Positions 45,450 through 46,975 of a DNA stretch of 46,975 bases are shown here, in pieces (the first letter of the stretch is position 1; every line of letters begins with the position of its first letter). The notes beneath the pieces were generated by a model. It worked only from the letters and a program-made list of their open reading frames with translations. It was not told where the DNA came from and did not search any database. The stretch is from a virus (lineage: Duplodnaviria; Caudoviricetes), in the IMG/VR virus record IMGVR_UViG_3300032084_001260, positions 1-46,975 of that record; one strand, 5' to 3'. The position numbers and the translations under genes are program-made.

Positions 45450-46800
45450 GGGAAGGAAATTGGACGATGGTTTCCGAAATCGGAATACCCTTTTTCCTTT
45501 CTTCATATGCTCTAATACTATTAGTCATGTTATTATTCTCCTCATCGGAGATGGGAGAATATAACTGACTCTTAGTATAGCATAGTAGTAATCTTCGATT
45601 ACTAAAATCAGATTCTAAGAATAAGAATGAGAGCATCTTATTCTTAGAATTGCCTACACACACATGCAAGCATGTATGTAGGTAAGACTTTGTCACCCCT
45701 TTAGGGGTGGAGTTTCGCAAAACTCTATAAGCAACTTCCTTTAAAAGGAAGCCGTATACACATGACGAAAGATTTTCTCTGCTAATTTGGTCAGAATCTT
45801 CAGATGATTCTGCTTGATTAGCAAAGTAGTTATTCATATGTATGTATATCATGTTAAAGTTGACTCGACTTTTTTTTTCGGAAAATTTCTTAGGAAAGTA
45901 GAAAATTATTCGGAGAATAATTTTCGTAAAAAAGTAAGGTTTTTACTTTTGAGAATCAATAGCAATCTATTGATTCGCAAAAGCATTCCCCTCTTGAGGG
46001 GAATTGGCGTAGTGGGATTCCTTGAGGGAATCCTGTGCGTGGCCGTGCGCTGGGTCTAAGACCCCCCAAAGGGCGGTTTTTCCTTTAGGGAAAACTTCCC
46101 TAAAGAAAAATCCTTCCGCAGTCTATCGTTTTTGGTTTGCGATTTTCCTCACGAGCAGACCTCTGCAAGCAGGCATGGGCAGGCGCGAGCAGGTGCGAGC
46201 CTACATGTGCAGGGGCAAGTATGTTGGTTTTGGCAGTTTACTTTTTACATTCTATCTAAAAAGATAATAACGAGAATCATAGATTCTCTATTACTTTTTG
46301 ATATAATGTATTAGTTTGCGATTCGGAGTATGGATGGACTACCTCGATTTTTGCTTGCCGAGAATTGAAAAGGAGATACCAAAACAGGGTGGTTTAATTT
46401 TTACACCGACTGAAATTTAGGGCAACCTAAAAATTACTCGAAGAGTAATTTCCGTGCGGGAGTCCGAGCGCACGAGCGCACATGAGGCAAGTCTGAAATT
46501 CTGAAGGAATTTTACCGGATTTAGAGAATAGTATTCAGTAATACTATTCCCGAAATCTACACATGCACCGGCACACCTGCGGGGGCATACCTGCACCTGC
46601 ACCCCTGCTTGCGCTCACACACCCCAGCGCGAGTAAAATTCTCTAAGAGAATTTCGCAAATTCTTTTCAAGAATTTGAGGCATGTGCTTGCACATGCCCG
46701 GAATTTCCTTGTTCTTGAACAACGGAAATTCTTTACATTTGAATCGCAGATTCAAATCGTGTGCGTGAAAAAAAAGTCAAGACTTTTTTTAAAAAAAAAA
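45450..46800. other. long non-coding region rich in hairpins and short repeats
   Basis: No credible ORF; several short inverted repeats, GCAGG/CCTGC arrays and A/T tracts. Confidence 0.65.
46167..46216 (+). repeat. 10-bp periodic repeat array (GCAGG core)
   Basis: AAGCAGGCAT GGGCAGGCGC GAGCAGGTGC GAGCCTACAT GTGCAGGGGC. Confidence 0.7.
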
Positions 46801-46836
46801 AAAAGGGGCTACTCCCCCCGAAGGGGGAGTAGCCCC
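46791..46836 (-). terminator. intrinsic-type terminator: 14-bp stem, UUCG loop, 14 U
   Basis: Minus strand GGGGCTACTCCCCC-TTCG-GGGGGAGTAGCCCC then T14. Confidence 0.85.
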
Positions 46837-46859
46837 AAAATGATATTAGAGACTCTGTC

Positions 46860-46973
46860 TCAAATATCACCCCCAGAGATTTCATCTACGATGAATACTC
46901 CACCTTTTTCAAAGGTGGAAACGAGTTGTCCTTCTTCTGCTAAGGGAACCGTAGCACAATAGAAGTGGTTTAC
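46860..46973 (-). CDS. 3' end of a gene running off the window (partial)
   Basis: ...VNHFYCATVPLAEEGQLVSTFEKGGVFIVDEISGGDI*, followed by hairpins and the terminator. Confidence 0.5.
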   Translation of the reverse strand, partial: VNHFYCATVPLAEEGQLVSTFEKGGVFIVDEISGGDI

Positions 46974-46975
46974 CA

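Noticed and set aside
45394-45852. 152-aa minus-strand ORF and short ORFs through 46962
   Set aside because: Atypical composition, no RBS, and they run across hairpins and homopolymer tracts; treated as non-coding
46167-46216. Repeat array as a mini-CRISPR
   Set aside because: 10-bp degenerate tandem units with no spacers
1-46975. tRNA genes, integrase, inteins, reverse transcriptase/DGR
   Set aside because: No cloverleaf, recombinase, intein or RT motifs recognised by eye; tRNAscan-SE and HMM searches would confirm

Overview
About 47 kb of a tailed dsDNA virus (Caudoviricetes, siphovirus-type tail) infecting an archaeon. It most resembles magroviruses of Marine Group II/Poseidoniales; this is inferred from archaeal-type PolB, RFC, clamp, MCM-like helicase, PriS-PriL primase, GGTGA ribosome-binding sites and TATA boxes. 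Layout: (1) 1-15564 (+) head-tail joining and tail module (adaptor, neck, terminator, tube, chaperone pair with a -1 frameshift, tape measure, 2356-aa tail-tip protein); (2) 15668-34637 (-) replication/recombination module (ERCC4 nuclease, primase, Cas4-like nuclease, PolB, two DNA methyltransferases, clamp, RecA-like ATPase, SSB, RFC, dNMP kinase, several winged-HTH paralogs, MCM-like helicase, PAC2-like protein); (3) an AT-rich palindrome at about 34690-34875; (4) 34871-45397 (-) early-type small genes, a pyrimidine-dimer glycosylase, an HNH-like protein and a MoxR AAA+/VWA pair; (5) a 1.4-kb repeat- and hairpin-rich non-coding region. Capsid, portal and large terminase are not in the window. 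The most notable signals are a candidate viral proteasome chaperone with an HbYX-like tail, a position-fixed TATA+GG(A/T)CAT promoter family, codon-level avoidance of several restriction-like sites, and a stem-loop with an anti-Shine-Dalgarno-like loop at the convergent module junction. All assignments come from motif reading by eye; no searches were run.
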